Part shown: piece after piece, positions 63,135 to 64,000 of the stretch
How positions within the stretch are numbered: the first letter of the stretch is position 1
Layout: each line of letters opens with the position of its first letter
Source: Squalus acanthias
Lineage: Eukaryota
Reading direction: 5' to 3'
Length of the DNA: 64,000 bases
Assembly (NCBI GenBank): GCA_030390025.1
Contig: JASTWF010000033.1
Span: 2,978,001-3,042,000, forward strand
Program-made: the position numbers and the translations under genes
The notes under the pieces: model-generated
What the model was told of the DNA's origin: nothing
Databases searched by the model: none
What the model saw: only the letters and a program-made list of their open reading frames with translations

Positions 63135-64000
63135 GAGGCCGTTCGGCCCCTGGAGTCTACGTCTACTCTTTCGAAGGAGACATCCAGTTATTCCCACTCC
63201 CTCACTCTTTCCCCATATCCCTGCAATTATTCTCCTTCAAGCAATTATCCAATTCCCTTTTGAAGGCTACTATTGAATCTGTACCCACCACCCTATCAGG
63301 CCGTGAATTCAAAATCCTAACCACTCGCTGTGTGAAAATGTTTTAGCTCATGTCGCCTCTGGTTCTTCTGCCAATCACCTTAAATCTGTGCCCTGTGGTT
63401 ATTGAAACTTCAGACATTGGAGTCAGATTCTCTTTATTTACTCTGTCTAAATCATTCATGATTTTAAACATCTCCATCAAATCTCTTCTTAGTACTCTCT
63501 GCTCTAAGGAGATTAAACCCAGCTTCTTCAATCTATCTACGTAATTCCAATCCATCACCCCTCGAACCGTTATGGTAAATCTCTTCTGTACCTTCTCCAA
63601 AGCCTTCACGTCATTTTTAAATTGCGGTGACCAGACCAGGACACAATACTCCAGCTGGGGCCGAACTAGATTTTTTTTATAGATTTAGCATAACTTCCTG
63701 GCTTTTGTACTCTGTGCCTCTATTTATAAAGCCCAGGATCCTGTCTGCTTTATTCACTGCTTTCTTAACCTTTACTGCCATATTCAACAACCTGTGCACA
63801 AACACCCCCAGGTCTCTCTTTTCTTGCACGCAATTTATAATTGTAATATTTAGCTTGTACTGTCTCTCCTCATTCTTCCTACCAAAATGTATCATCTCAC
63901 ACCTGTTTGCTTTGAATTAAATCTGCCACGTGTCCGGCCATCCCACTAGCCTGTCTCTTTCGTCTTAAAGTCTATTACACGCTCCCTCAGTGGTTACTCC
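63135..64000 (-). mobile_element. CR1 3' portion running off the window
   Basis: ALEKVQKRFT and IHFGRKNEERQY peptides. Confidence 0.88.

Overview
Eukaryotic, repeat-dominated window. The repeat spectrum (CR1/L2 LINEs, Penelope-like elements, L2-tailed SINEs) and a GPR139-like receptor exon suggest a cartilaginous fish; this host call is inference. The only host coding sequence I can support is one large GPCR exon (28234-29213, minus strand); two tRNA-Lys-derived pseudogenes are also present. The rest is nested mobile DNA: many CR1 fragments, four tandem arrays, MITEs, solo or truncated LTRs, three endogenous retroviruses and one intact Gypsy element. Highlights: (1) ERV-A (12164-23325, minus) has YVDD RT, a tether plus second RNase H and a UGA-CUAG gag-pro readthrough. 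Its atypical env reads signal + Ig-like domain + furin site + heptad/WW/TM, with no CKS-17 motif. (2) ERV-B (51802-62449, plus) carries a remnant of that same atypical env directly upstream of a conventional gamma-type env, i.e. apparently two envelope types in one provirus. (3) An intact Gypsy element (53218-57694) has no tRNA PBS but has an 11-nt PBS-position sequence perfectly complementary to its own LTR, suggesting Tf1-style self-priming. Boundaries of degraded repeats are approximate and were read by eye.
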